Origin: a virus
Taxonomy: Duplodnaviria > Caudoviricetes
Strand: one strand, 5' to 3'
Virus record (IMG/VR): IMGVR_UViG_3300043676_000014
Span: 1 to 64,000 of that record
Length of the DNA: 64,000 nucleotides
The notes below the pieces were generated by a model. It saw only the letters and a program-made list of their open reading frames with translations. It did no database searches and was not told where the DNA came from. Each line of letters opens with the position of its first letter. Position 1 is the first letter of the stretch. The position numbers and the translations under genes were made by a program. Below, piece after piece: positions 46,812 through 56,770 of this stretch.

Positions 46812-48727
46812 TTTGGATCAGACTTGACCGGGCCTTGCGGAGGAATGGTCTTTACAACGCCATCCGACCCATTACGACCCCGCTTCACGCTGAGCCTCCA
46901 GGAATTGCTTCCGTCCTGCGGCTTGCCCTCCGGACTATCCTTCTGTGCTATCCAGAAACTTCCGCCGAAGGTGACTCCATCACCTTTCTCGTAAGGTACC
47001 TCACGGCCATCCTTATAGACGCCGCGGTCGATCACCACCGGCATCTTGAACGAGAATTCCTTGACCTGATCTGCACGAGTGAATTTCAGGCTAATGGTGC
47101 GCTCGCCATCGAATGTGGCGTCCAGATCCTCGAACCCAAACCCGTCACGACCGTCCTTCGGACGTGGAATCTCCGCCATCTTCTCATTGATGAATTGAAG
47201 AATCTCTGCCTGATCTGCGTCCTTACCGACAACAACTCCAAGAGCCTTCGTCGAGCCATCAGAAAGCGTCAGCACGAGCTCGCCGGAGCGGTCGATCACA
47301 GCGCCAGCGGTGCCGACACCGTCCTTCGGACGCGGAATGGCAGCGACTCGTTTCTCGACCATCTCCTCCAGGAGCGGAAGCATCTCTTCAACCGTAATGC
47401 TCACGCCGTCAGCCGGTGGCGGAATCAACTTCGCAACATCCTCGACGATCAGCGCCGCCACAACAGAAGGATCGACCGGATCAGCATCCTTGCCATCGAC
47501 CGCCTTCGGAATCGACGCAACCAATTCCTCGACTACCGGACGAATATCTTCGATCGAAACACTCTTCCCGTCTGCCGGCTTTGGCATCAAGTCGACAAGA
47601 AGATTTGCGACTTCGACCGGATCAACCACGGCATCCTTGCCATCCCGTGGAACCGGAATTGTAGCAACGCGCTTCTCGACCATCTCCTCGAGCATCGGAA
47701 GAACGTCATCAACCGTAACACTCTTACCGTCCTCGCCCTTTGGCGGAATGATACCAGCAACGGCATTTCCGACTTCAGCCTCGATGACCAGGATCAGATC
47801 CTCGATCTCGACGCTCTTGCCGTCTTGACCATCCTTTGGACGCTCGATCTTCGCCACTTCCTCGACAACAAGCGACCTGATCACTTCCGGATCGGCGTCC
47901 TTGCCGTTTTCAGGCTTCGGAAGTTCGGCAACCATCCCCTGGAGCAACGGCAGCACATCTTCCACGGTGACGCTCTTGCCGTCAGCGGGACGCTCAATCG
48001 CATCAACCGCTTTGGACACTTCCGCAGAAACCAACGCAGCCACTTCTGCAGGATCAACGTCTTTGCCATCCCTACCCGGCTCGGCCGGAGCAATCTTAGC
48101 TACGTGGACCGCAACGACTTCCTCAACAATTGGCCGAACGGTTTCATCATAAACCGCTTCTCTTAATGCAAACTTCTGATCGGTAATTCCCAGGACCAAA
48201 CGCTCGAGTTCTTCCCGGTCAACGTCCTTGCCGTCCTTCGGCTTCTCGATCTTATCGACCGCACTCGACACCTCTCCCGGCAATACTTGAGCAACGACAT
48301 CAAGGACCGCGGCCTTGATCGCTTCTGGAGATGCGTCCTTGCCATTTTCGGGGACCGGTAAAAGCTTTGCGGCGCGGGACGCCACTTCATCAAGATCGAC
48401 CGGGTCTGCGTCCTTGCCATTCTCCGGAACAGGCAACGCCGAAACTGCTTTCTCGACCTTCTCCGTAACGACGCGCTCGATTTCTACAAGATCAATCTCC
48501 TTGACCGGCAACTCGACCTTGGCGATTTCCTCCTTCACCAGAGTCAAAAAGAAAACGCGATCATTCTCGCGCTCTGTAGAGAAATCAGCAAAGCGCTGCT
48601 CGACCGCAGCTAGACTCGTCGACAGTCGCACATTTTCAGCGCGCAATGGTGCCATCGCCTTGCTGACAAAATCTCCGATCGTCGGTGCAACGCTTTCCAT
48701 GAGGCGCGCAATTTCGTCATGCTTCAT
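46808..48727 (-). CDS. Portal-adjacent repeat protein with GKD/GKS units and C-terminal carbohydrate-binding-like domain
   Basis: About 14 P.(D/N)GK(D/S) helical repeats; C-terminal GVY...Y.KGD.VT.GGS.W.A...W.L.VKRG. Confidence 0.75.
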   Translation of the reverse strand: MKHDEIARLMESVAPTIGDFVSKAMAPLRAENVRLSTSLAAVEQRFADFSTERENDRVFFLTLVKEEIAKVELPVKEIDLVEIERVVTEKVEKAVSALPVPENGKDADPVDLDEVASRAAKLLPVPENGKDASPEAIKAAVLDVVAQVLPGEVSSAVDKIEKPKDGKDVDREELERLVLGITDQKFALREAVYDETVRPIVEEVVAVHVAKIAPAEPGRDGKDVDPAEVAALVSAEVSKAVDAIERPADGKSVTVEDVLPLLQGMVAELPKPENGKDADPEVIRSLVVEEVAKIERPKDGQDGKSVEIEDLILVIEAEVGNAVAGIIPPKGEDGKSVTVDDVLPMLEEMVEKRVATIPVPRDGKDAVVDPVEVANLLVDLMPKPADGKSVSIEDIRPVVEELVASIPKAVDGKDADPVDPSVVAALIVEDVAKLIPPPADGVSITVEEMLPLLEEMVEKRVAAIPRPKDGVGTAGAVIDRSGELVLTLSDGSTKALGVVVGKDADQAEILQFINEKMAEIPRPKDGRDGFGFEDLDATFDGERTISLKFTRADQVKEFSFKMPVVIDRGVYKDGREVPYEKGDGVTFGGSFWIAQKDSPEGKPQDGSNSWRLSVKRGRNGSDGVVKTIPPQGPVKSDPK

Positions 48728-48745
48728 GGAATACCTGCAAGCCGA

Positions 48746-50221
48746 TCAGGCGGCCATCTTGCGCAACTGCAATTCAAGCGCGTCTTTCAAGGCCCAGTTC
48801 GCAATCTGGTGTTGCGCAGCGGTGCCGATCTCATCGTCGAACGATTTTGCAGGAGGCGGTGACGCTGTGGCATCGACGGCTGCGGCCGCAGCATCCTGCT
48901 GTGCAGATGTCGGCGTGTTCTGATCACGTTTCGGCGCCAGAGCGAACGGATCATCGGACTGATCGCGTCGATCAAGCGCAGCCAGGCTGAAATTCTGCTG
49001 CTGAAGATATGGAGTATCACCGCCCTTGACGGGCTTCTGGCCGATCTTCTTGCGGCCCTCGTTCGGAGCCAGCAGGCCGGCACCGATGCCATCTCCGATG
49101 GTCTTGTACTGCGTGGCCGTATCCATCCGAAGAAGATCGTCGAGATCGAACTCGGTCCCGTAAGTATGCGCTTGATGCGCCGTTAGACCCAGCCCCTCAT
49201 CAAGACAGAGTTCGATGGATTCGATATGCGTCTGCAAACACTGGGTATAATACTGCTGGTTCAGCGCCTCAATGTTGTTGTAGGCAGGCGCCGGACCAAC
49301 ACCGATCATGTACGGCGGGACATGAAATGCCGTGCAGACGTTCGTCTCGTCCCACTTCAACAGATCGATCATCTGCGCTTCGGTCGCAGTCATCGACATC
49401 TTCTCGTACTTCATGCCGTCGCCCATGACGGCAACACGGGCGCGGTTCTCGCCCGTCATGTTGGATTCCCAATGCTCCTTGATGCGCTCCGCCGTATCCT
49501 TGTCGATCGCGCCGGGCGCAGTAAGGATGCCGCCGGGCGTTGAATCGTTGCGGAAGAAGCGCTGAGAATTTTCCTGGATGGTCAGGCCGTGAGTTGCCGC
49601 TAATCCGCAAGCCGAGAGCGGAGAGACACCGCACAGCGGATGATACAGCGCCACCATCGTATCGTGGATGATCTCGGAGGCAGGGATCGTGATCGTGTCG
49701 GACTCTACGCCAGACAGATTGTCCTTGCGGATTTCGTAGTAGACGTCGCCGTTCGGCGCCACCAGTGCCTTGACCTTGCTCGGATCCAGCACATAAAGCC
49801 CGACCACAACGCCGCGCTGATCGCGCTCCTTGAGTATGTAGGCGTTGCCGGCCAGAAGCTTCGAGATCACCCACTGCTCGAAGAACTTGATGCGGTTCTG
49901 CCAGTTATTCGGTTTCGCAAGCACAGGCGAAAATGCGGGAACGTCGACCTCAGACCAGATTCCGTTCTTGTCCTGCTCGACCAGCCTAATCCTGATCTTC
50001 GCGATGTCGGAGGCTATCAACGTGACGCAGGCATAAACCGCGCCGAATGCGAGGACGCTTTCGCGGGTCTGCGTAATATTCCGCTGCCATGCGCCTGCGA
50101 ACGGCTCACGCACGAGACTCTGCCACCACCGACCGCGATCGAGCGGACGCTGGAGTCCATCCGGAACTGCGCGCGTAACGAGTGCATTCTGAATCGCTGC
50201 GAAGACCGTGATGTTAGCCAT
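48746..50221 (-). CDS. Phage portal protein, HK97 family
   Basis: AVYACV.LIA..IA, PN..Q, L..GNAY, GVSPL, F.N...PGG.L, F.VPP..IG, NE.R. Confidence 0.95.
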   Translation of the reverse strand: MANITVFAAIQNALVTRAVPDGLQRPLDRGRWWQSLVREPFAGAWQRNITQTRESVLAFGAVYACVTLIASDIAKIRIRLVEQDKNGIWSEVDVPAFSPVLAKPNNWQNRIKFFEQWVISKLLAGNAYILKERDQRGVVVGLYVLDPSKVKALVAPNGDVYYEIRKDNLSGVESDTITIPASEIIHDTMVALYHPLCGVSPLSACGLAATHGLTIQENSQRFFRNDSTPGGILTAPGAIDKDTAERIKEHWESNMTGENRARVAVMGDGMKYEKMSMTATEAQMIDLLKWDETNVCTAFHVPPYMIGVGPAPAYNNIEALNQQYYTQCLQTHIESIELCLDEGLGLTAHQAHTYGTEFDLDDLLRMDTATQYKTIGDGIGAGLLAPNEGRKKIGQKPVKGGDTPYLQQQNFSLAALDRRDQSDDPFALAPKRDQNTPTSAQQDAAAAAVDATASPPPAKSFDDEIGTAAQHQIANWALKDALELQLRKMAA

Positions 50222-50378
50222 TAGGCATCAATCCCGATCTCATAATTACTGCGGCGAAAATAAACAGCGCGCCGCCGACGAGCATCGCAATACCGTGACC
50301 AGCCAGGACATAAGCGCCGGCGATTAGCAGCGCGCTACCGGCCGACGCAAGCAGCACGATGGCTGCAACTGCGGACAA
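50214..50378 (-). CDS. 54-aa two-TM membrane protein before portal (not in ORF track)
   Basis: TTG start after GAGG; hydrophobic. Confidence 0.55.
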   Translation of the reverse strand: MSAVAAIVLLASAGSALLIAGAYVLAGHGIAMLVGGALFIFAAVIMRSGLMPNG

Positions 50379-50380
50379 GT

Positions 50381-50713
50381 TTAGTCCTCAGAGCGAAGGT
50401 CTGAGCGACGATAACGGTTGCTTCTGCTGGGAGCCTCGCCCAGGAAGTCTTGGCCCTGCGACGGCTCCGCTGTAGGGGCCGCCGTCTCTGTGGCTGGCGC
50501 CGCTTGCGTCTCCGCCGCCATGACCCGCGTCTTAAGCGCAGGCTTCACTGTCTTCTCAGGAGCGGCTTTGGTTTCATCCAAACTTGCGCGCTTATAGCGC
50601 AAGAGACGATCCCTTTCCTTTTCGGTCTGGACCGTAAATGACTCGCCCTTCGTGTATTCTTTTCGCTCTTCTGGACGATAAACGTGGCGATTGGCGATCA
50701 TCTTGAACGGCAT
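50381..50713 (-). CDS. Small head-associated protein
   Basis: GAGG before MPFKMIA; ends YRR.D.R.ED, typical of ORFs following capsid genes. Confidence 0.6.
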   Translation of the reverse strand: MPFKMIANRHVYRPEERKEYTKGESFTVQTEKERDRLLRYKRASLDETKAAPEKTVKPALKTRVMAAETQAAPATETAAPTAEPSQGQDFLGEAPSRSNRYRRSDLRSED

Positions 50714-50869
50714 GTTATTTTCCTCTCCACAACCTGTCGGCAATCGCTACATGCCGTAGAAAAGCATTCAGATCCGCTTCAACGTTTGAGCGCAGGTATT
50801 GCATGTAGGATTTGGCGGCTTGCTCACCGTGCCAGTCTGCGACTCTCTTCAACATGAAAATTACCTAAC

Positions 50870-50898
50870 AAAAAAACCCAGGGCCGTCGCCCTGGGTT
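50870..50898 (-). terminator. Rho-independent terminator after capsid gene
   Basis: AACCCAGGG...CCCTGGGTT stem plus T-run on the minus strand. Confidence 0.8.
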
Positions 50899-50912
50899 GA
50901 TGTTCACAAAAC

Positions 50913-52904
50913 TTACGAAGCAACGCTGTAGTTGCCGCCGGTGATATAGACCACCGAGTCGGAACGTGCCTTCGTCCAATTTACGAAGCGAGAGCACTTG
51001 ATGCCGACGAGTCCGTTTTGCCAAAGTGAAACAAGAACGGTCGAAGCAGTCGCCGGAGAGTCCGGCGCGCTGTCAGTCTGGATCGACGCCTCGGTCGAGA
51101 TGTCGACTTCGACACCACCATCATCTGCCAACAGAATGTCGCTGGCATTGATGAAGGCGATCAGAGCACCATCGGCCGGCGAACCACCGTTCGCTACGAT
51201 GTTTTCCGATGTCACGACCGGGACGCCCTCGATGCTGCCACCGTCCTTGGTGACATCAGGGAAGATCCGTGCGTTGAAGTCGGTACGCATCAGGCTAAGG
51301 CGCATTGCCTGAGTCTGCGTCATGGCGATTACAAGCGAGTCGAGCGTGTAGTTCGCTTGCGTGTACAGGGACAACAGGCTGCCGAAGTCGGCGCGGAACG
51401 CATCCGACGTATTGCCGCTTGCCGTAATGTTACTCGAACCATTCGTGATAGACGCCGGAGAGACGCCGGTCACAAGAGCCTTCGCCGGATCGAGGAAGTC
51501 ACGATCCATAAGGTACTGAATGGCCTTGGTCAACGAATTGACCATGATGGTTTCAGAGTTCGGACGCGAGAAGCGCAACAGTTCCTGCGTCTGGTACGTG
51601 ATACCCGCGATCTTCGCGAAGTCGAGGGTAACAGTGTCCAGCGCGCCCTTGCTGAGCGGCGCGGGCGAACCCTGGCCGACCCAGTAACCCGTCGTCGCCG
51701 ACGTTTCGCGCGGCACTTTGATATTGAAGGGCACGCGACGCAGGCCAGGAATACGAGAGATCAGCGCGTTCGGGCGCAGGAGTTCGATGAACTCTTCCTG
51801 GAGGTTCTGGTAGACAACAAGAGGACCGGCCCAAGTCGAGTCAGTCGTGCTGCCCGCTGCAATCGCAGACTTCAGAACGTGATTCGGCATCTTCAGGACG
51901 CTGACGAGATCGTCGCCCCACCCCTTCGATTCCGCGATCTGATAGGCAGGGATGTTCTCTTCCTTCGCCATAAAGCGGGCGCCGAGCAGGCGGACGAATC
52001 CGTAGCCTTTGGGAAGAGCCTTCTGAGTGCTGACGGTCATGACGCGACCTTCACGCGACTCGCTGGCGGCCTTGGTGGTGGTGCCGGCGACGGCAACAGC
52101 CACCTTCTTGTTACGCTGTTCGGCGTCGTTCAGGAGTTCGAGATGGTCGTCGATTTCCTTGAGTTCAGCCTTGAGCGTTGCGACCGTTTCCTTCTGTTCA
52201 GCGTCGAGGGTTTCGCCCTTCTCCGACGCAGCGTCCAGAATGCTTTCGATCGCCGCGTTCTTAGTGTCGCGGGTAGTCGTGAATGCGGAGATCTGCTCCG
52301 CGTAGCTCTTCTTCATAGCTCTGCCCTCCTGGGCTTTGACTGGGGTTGATTTCTTTTTCCCAGGCGCGGGAGGGGTGGTGACGTCGTCACTCTCTTGCGT
52401 ATGGCCTGTCGCGGCCCGCTGAGCTGTGTCGAGAGACTTGATCATCGAAATTGTGCAGTCCGCATTTGCGGGCACAGTCACAAGCGACAATTCCATTACT
52501 TCGGATTCAACGTAGCGAATGCCGCCATCGTCCATCCGATTTGTTTCGATGGGGCGAAATCCAATACTTACCGCGGTTACTAAACCTGCGCGGACCTCAG
52601 CCCACGCGAGGTCGACTCGATCCTTGAGCAATCCAGGCTCATCGATCTTCGGGATGCGAGCCTCGAACGTAATTCCGGTCTTCGTTGGCTTATCGAACTT
52701 GACCGTTCCGACTGGAGCACTTGTGTCATGTTGGTGCAAAAGTGGCAGTGGATTTTTGAACTTCACTCCGAGAGGTTCGACCACGTCAAAAACGCGATCG
52801 GGGGTTGGAGTCGTGGCCGTGCCACGGATAATGCGCTGATCTTCCTGAACCGCTTTCACGGTCAAGATTGAATAGGCACGGTTCATGATATGGATTCCGG
52901 TCAA
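50913..52904 (-). CDS. Fused prohead protease / major capsid protein (HK97 fold)
   Basis: N-terminal protease motifs PLLHQH, SIGF and ELSLVTVPAN; coiled-coil scaffold; capsid domain; likely start MNRAYS at 52886. Confidence 0.93.
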   Translation of the reverse strand: MTGIHIMNRAYSILTVKAVQEDQRIIRGTATTPTPDRVFDVVEPLGVKFKNPLPLLHQHDTSAPVGTVKFDKPTKTGITFEARIPKIDEPGLLKDRVDLAWAEVRAGLVTAVSIGFRPIETNRMDDGGIRYVESEVMELSLVTVPANADCTISMIKSLDTAQRAATGHTQESDDVTTPPAPGKKKSTPVKAQEGRAMKKSYAEQISAFTTTRDTKNAAIESILDAASEKGETLDAEQKETVATLKAELKEIDDHLELLNDAEQRNKKVAVAVAGTTTKAASESREGRVMTVSTQKALPKGYGFVRLLGARFMAKEENIPAYQIAESKGWGDDLVSVLKMPNHVLKSAIAAGSTTDSTWAGPLVVYQNLQEEFIELLRPNALISRIPGLRRVPFNIKVPRETSATTGYWVGQGSPAPLSKGALDTVTLDFAKIAGITYQTQELLRFSRPNSETIMVNSLTKAIQYLMDRDFLDPAKALVTGVSPASITNGSSNITASGNTSDAFRADFGSLLSLYTQANYTLDSLVIAMTQTQAMRLSLMRTDFNARIFPDVTKDGGSIEGVPVVTSENIVANGGSPADGALIAFINASDILLADDGGVEVDISTEASIQTDSAPDSPATASTVLVSLWQNGLVGIKCSRFVNWTKARSDSVVYITGGNYSVAS

Positions 52905-52930
52905 TAAAAAACCCGCCGGTTAGGGCGGGT
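52903..52930 (-). terminator. Terminator-like hairpin between terL and capsid
   Basis: ACCCGCC/GGCGGGT stem followed by TTTTTATT. Confidence 0.6.
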
Positions 52931-53065
52931 CGATCAAACGAGAAAAGGTTGCGGACGCGATCAGCCTTGGACGGCACATTGAAGCCGCAAACCGAGACAG
53001 GACCGCAGGCTGACTTTCTGGAAAACCGACCCGTCCGCTGGCCGATCGGATTTTGCCTGCCTCAG

Positions 53066-54742
53066 TTAAGCGAAAAGAATTTCATATGTTGGCTTGCGCT
53101 TTGGCTCAGGATTCAACGCCATGATGGACGCGGCGTCGAAGAGGGCCATGACTGGATCGATCTTGCCGTAGCCGGATTCGTCTCGAGCAATGCGCTGGCC
53201 CGTGCCGGTCTGTTTGGTGATGCAGTTGGCGGCGCACCATGCCATCATGGGACGACCGCCGTGCTTGAACGTGCCGTCAGATAATTTTCTCTCGATGGTC
53301 TTGAATGCACCCATCAGGGAAACGCCTTGATAGACGCCGCCCAACAAATTATTTTCCTGCGTCACGCCGATCTCGGCAAGAGCGTCAACGATCGCTCCTA
53401 TGCCGGCAGGGTCCGCACCAACTTGGGCCAACTTCCCAGAATCCAAACACTGCTTGATTATATCCACTACTGCGCTGACGTCGTCAGGAAGCTGCTCAAC
53501 CAAGGTAAGGTCTCCGTCCCTGATAAAGTCCTGATAGGCGGGCCAATTCGCCTTACGGCGCTCCCAACCCATTGGAGAGATGAAGGCATGAGCCCAACCA
53601 AGCCAGCGCTGCGTTCCCTTCTCTCGACCTATGACCGCGACGCCAAGGAGATCCTCGGCCCCTCCCCCGTCGGTCCCGGCGGTAAGAACTTCGGATCGGT
53701 TGATGATCTCTTTGAGCGTTAGCCCCTTCTCAATTCCTTTCGGCCAAAGACGGGCGCCGGCCCAACCGTCGCCGCGCTCGCCCTGGCCTATCTCGACGTT
53801 GAAATGCTGACTCGCAAGTAGTGCGAGTGCGACCGGTCCGCTGGCTTCAGCCTTGATGAGTTGGTCAACTAGGAAGGAACGATCGACCGATTTATCCAAG
53901 TTTGGATTAACCAAAGGCCAGGTCGCCTGATCTTTCCAGCCGCCGTCCTTTACTAGTTCTCGTGGCAACTCGTAGATTATTGGCAGCAACGGAAGCTTCA
54001 TCTCTCCGTCGCGCACTGCCCTAGCGTTTTTCAGTTCTTCCTTGAACAGTCCGAGAGGCGGTTCCTTTGACTGGGTCGATATCTGTAGCATGAAGCCGTC
54101 AATACGAGCGGCTAGCGAGCCCCTGATTTCAACGAACACCTGTTCAGCGCGCGACATCTGGGCAAAGACGTGCGTTTCATCAACGAGGATGAAGGTCGCC
54201 TTGGATCCGGTGATGACGTCCTTGTCGGCCGCCTTGATGATGATCACCGCGAGAGTCTGGCGGTGGGTGATCGTCCTCTGGTGCGACTGAGGATGGAACA
54301 GAGCGGTCAATTTCGGGTCGAGTCGAATGATGCCCTCGGCCTGGGTGAACGCGATGTCGGCGATCTTCTTGGTCGGCGCGATCAGCAGGCACTCCGCCGC
54401 AGGACGCCGGTTCATGATAATCGCCGTGACCATGATGGCCGCGGCGATCGAGCTCTTGCCATTCTTCTTCGGGATGAGGACAAAGAACTCCCGGATCATC
54501 CGGCGCTTGATCGAGACGTCGTAGGATCCGAAGATCACCTTGACGATGTCGAAGACCCAGTCGTCGCAAATTTCCCCGTAAGTCGGGAAGCCCTCCATGT
54601 CGGGGCACTTGAGCCGCTTAAAGATGCGGAGCGCCCGATTGGCCTCGTCCTCGAAGACCTCGATATTGTCCGGGATCAGCGACAACCGGTTGACAATACG
54701 ATTCTCCCAGTCGGGGCACGCCGTCGACCAGTCTCGAGCCAT
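53066..54742 (-). CDS. terL: Terminase large subunit
   Basis: Walker A PKKNGKS, Walker B ILVDETH, nuclease GTDGG..DL and KIDP. Confidence 0.95.
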   Translation of the reverse strand: MARDWSTACPDWENRIVNRLSLIPDNIEVFEDEANRALRIFKRLKCPDMEGFPTYGEICDDWVFDIVKVIFGSYDVSIKRRMIREFFVLIPKKNGKSSIAAAIMVTAIIMNRRPAAECLLIAPTKKIADIAFTQAEGIIRLDPKLTALFHPQSHQRTITHRQTLAVIIIKAADKDVITGSKATFILVDETHVFAQMSRAEQVFVEIRGSLAARIDGFMLQISTQSKEPPLGLFKEELKNARAVRDGEMKLPLLPIIYELPRELVKDGGWKDQATWPLVNPNLDKSVDRSFLVDQLIKAEASGPVALALLASQHFNVEIGQGERGDGWAGARLWPKGIEKGLTLKEIINRSEVLTAGTDGGGAEDLLGVAVIGREKGTQRWLGWAHAFISPMGWERRKANWPAYQDFIRDGDLTLVEQLPDDVSAVVDIIKQCLDSGKLAQVGADPAGIGAIVDALAEIGVTQENNLLGGVYQGVSLMGAFKTIERKLSDGTFKHGGRPMMAWCAANCITKQTGTGQRIARDESGYGKIDPVMALFDAASIMALNPEPKRKPTYEILFA

Positions 54743-55374
54743 CAGTTAAACTTGCCTGCCGGCGCCGCTAGGTCGTCTCCCCAGTCATCGTCTCCGCCCG
54801 CGGCGATGCGCTGGGCCTCAGTTTTCTGTTCTTCCTTTTTCCCAGGCGAGGCATCCTGGAGTTTCTGGAGCGCCGACGCCAATTGCGTGGAACTCTTGGT
54901 GCGGGTTTCGTGATCAAGGGCCTTCTGCAGCTTGAACCGGATCCGGTCGTCTTTCTCGCCGTTGAAATGTTCCTCGACCAGCGCCGACAGATCCTCGGCA
55001 TGCCGGTTCAGGAATTCCAACTCCTCCATCAGTGCCAAAATGATATTTCGACCGCGGGCGGTTAGTTCGGAGACAGACGCCGATACAAGGGCCTTCGTGG
55101 CACCTTCGATACGGGTTGAGCGAGGGTTGCGTTCTGGTTTGCACTCAGGTTCGATAGTGGGGGAACAGTCCACCAACTTAACCCATCCACCCTTCTTGGC
55201 GCGCTTTCGGAGGGCGGTGTCAGACACACCAACATTCTTGGCTAAAGTCCTGTCCGATATAGATTTTGTCTCGTAATCCTGTCGAACCAAATCCCAGTCG
55301 ATAGAATTTCTTTCTCTAGTTTGCACCGGTTTGCACCTAACTAAAATCCTGTGGGCTGGAAAAAACCTCCGCAT
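54742..55374 (-). CDS. terS: Terminase small subunit
   Basis: N-terminal HTH (IDW..V..DY...S.R.LA...GVS...RKRAK..GW); GKKE near the C-terminus; coupled to terL; start uncertain. Confidence 0.8.
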   Translation of the reverse strand: MRRFFPAHRILVRCKPVQTRERNSIDWDLVRQDYETKSISDRTLAKNVGVSDTALRKRAKKGGWVKLVDCSPTIEPECKPERNPRSTRIEGATKALVSASVSELTARGRNIILALMEELEFLNRHAEDLSALVEEHFNGEKDDRIRFKLQKALDHETRTKSSTQLASALQKLQDASPGKKEEQKTEAQRIAAGGDDDWGDDLAAPAGKFN

Positions 55375-55379
55375 GAACC

Positions 55380-55450
55380 CCCATGCGGTAGAAGTCCCCC
55401 AATCGCTTCAAAGACTTACACCACCCCCCGGTCTACGAGGCGCGGCAATC
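55380..55450. other. Probable cos/packaging initiation region
   Basis: Non-coding region upstream of terS; minus strand reads GGGGGGTGGTGTAAGTCT...ACCGCATGGGGG...TTTTTT, resembling left ends of HK97-like cos phages. Confidence 0.4.
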
Positions 55451-55827
55451 GCGCCAGCAAACCAGCAGGTGCGGAATTCCCAAGGCTTTGAGGGTTGATA
55501 GCTTCTCTAATCGCAACGCTATTCAGCGGGCACGCCAGCCCGATTGTGCGCTTCTCGCTTTGCAACATCACATTGCGCTGATTTGTTACCCGTTGCTCGA
55601 AGCTTGAGCCTGGTAGGCGACCATGTGGCGCAATGCGCCCGATAGGCGAGTTCCGCCCAATGAAAAGCCCGACTGCAGCATGAGAGGCTGGCCGGGCTTC
55701 GGTCGCAATTATGAGGCTGCACTATCCATCGCCTTAACCGTTGGGGTTAGCAAGAGGCATGGGTACTAGGGCTAGGGGTTATTCACAGGGACGCGCAAAC
55801 CGGGCGCGCAAACCACAGCCTTGGCGC

Positions 55828-56064
55828 CTAGCCCTTGCGCTGCAGCTTAGGTGCCAGAACGCCTATGCTCTTACCATCGTCTGTGAAGGCAATGCCACGC
55901 TTGCGCAAAGCCTCTTCCACGCCAGCAATGGACGAGCGCCTAGGGTCTCCCGTGTCATTCTCAAGGTCTATCAGCGTTGCGCGGGATATGCCGGCGAACT
56001 CGCATAGCTCTGCCTGGGACAGTCCAAGGATAGCCCTTGCGGCCTTGATTTGCCTACCTTCCAT
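55828..56064 (-). CDS. XRE-family HTH transcriptional regulator
   Basis: QIKAARAILGLSQAELC..AGISR.TL..LE; start placed at MEGRQ. Confidence 0.88.
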   Translation of the reverse strand: MEGRQIKAARAILGLSQAELCEFAGISRATLIDLENDTGDPRRSSIAGVEEALRKRGIAFTDDGKSIGVLAPKLQRKG

Positions 56065-56114
56065 AAAGAGGCTGTACCCTGTATTAGACATTATGTAAAC
56101 TCTTTGTGACTTTA

Positions 56115-56178
56115 TGCATCTTTCTTGTTGACACGCCGTTTATCTCCTATAAGATGCAAATTGTCAACTAAGAGATAC
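56115..56178. promoter_or_regulatory. Divergent sigma70-type promoters with inverted repeats
   Basis: + strand TTGACA(56128)-N16-TAAGAT(56150); - strand TTGACA (56167-56162); inverted pair TGCATCTT/AAGATGCA. Confidence 0.65.
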
Positions 56179-56192
56179 AAAGGAAAACGACC

Positions 56193-56345
56193 ATGATTGA
56201 ATTAGCCCTTACCACTGGAATCATCGGAACTGGCATAGGCTTTTGGATTGCCGATATGTTGGCGACTCGCAAATGGCGGAATGAGACTATGCTGCGTCGT
56301 TGCAACGAAACGGTTTCGCGCCGTTTCAACGCTTCGCGTCATTAA
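56193..56345 (+). CDS. 50-aa protein with N-terminal TM (not in ORF track)
   Basis: AAGGA RBS; MIELALTTGIIGTGIGFWIA. Confidence 0.5.
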   Translation: MIELALTTGIIGTGIGFWIADMLATRKWRNETMLRRCNETVSRRFNASRH

Positions 56346-56357
56346 GGGAATCGAGCA

Positions 56358-56519
56358 ATGGAAAAGAATCCAATCCCTAAAACCGTTGCCGAATTGCGCG
56401 CGATACTTGACGCTCGCAAGCCATATACGCAAGCCATATACGACGCTATTCAGCGCGGTAACATGGATGCATTCGACGCAGCGCAAAAGAGAATGCGCAA
56501 AGCTTTCCCTAACGGTTGA
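56358..56519 (+). CDS. 53-aa hypothetical protein (not in ORF track)
   Basis: GGGAATC RBS; MEKNPIPKTVAELRAIL. Confidence 0.55.
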   Translation: MEKNPIPKTVAELRAILDARKPYTQAIYDAIQRGNMDAFDAAQKRMRKAFPNG

Positions 56520-56531
56520 AAGGCGCGGACC

Positions 56532-56753
56532 ATGACACGCAAAGTTAAAGCATCTGATTACACTCATTCGGTTTGGACTGGCAAAAAGTATAATCGCCAG
56601 CAAACGGATTCCGATTTGGCCAACGAAAGCCGAAAGGTTCTTAATAGACACCCTACAATTGGCCGTTTGTTAGCTCGCCCTAATGACGGCCAACGAATTG
56701 CGAGCCATTGTTTTGAACGCTTCACGTTAACCAGCGCGATTGTGCGCAATTGA
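56532..56753 (+). CDS. Hypothetical protein
   Basis: AAGG RBS. Confidence 0.5.
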   Translation: MTRKVKASDYTHSVWTGKKYNRQQTDSDLANESRKVLNRHPTIGRLLARPNDGQRIASHCFERFTLTSAIVRN

Positions 56754-56770
56754 AAACAGGAATCGCCACT

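Noticed and set aside
46835-48166. 443-aa plus-strand ORF
   Set aside because: Antisense shadow of the repeat protein gene; no RBS or recognisable motifs.
55743-55781. Two minus-strand TAACCCC copies downstream of the XRE gene
   Set aside because: Not followed by the TACGRCTGATT core; too short to call.
56076-56100. dif-like site (TTATGTAAA)
   Set aside because: Only the XerD-like half resembles consensus.
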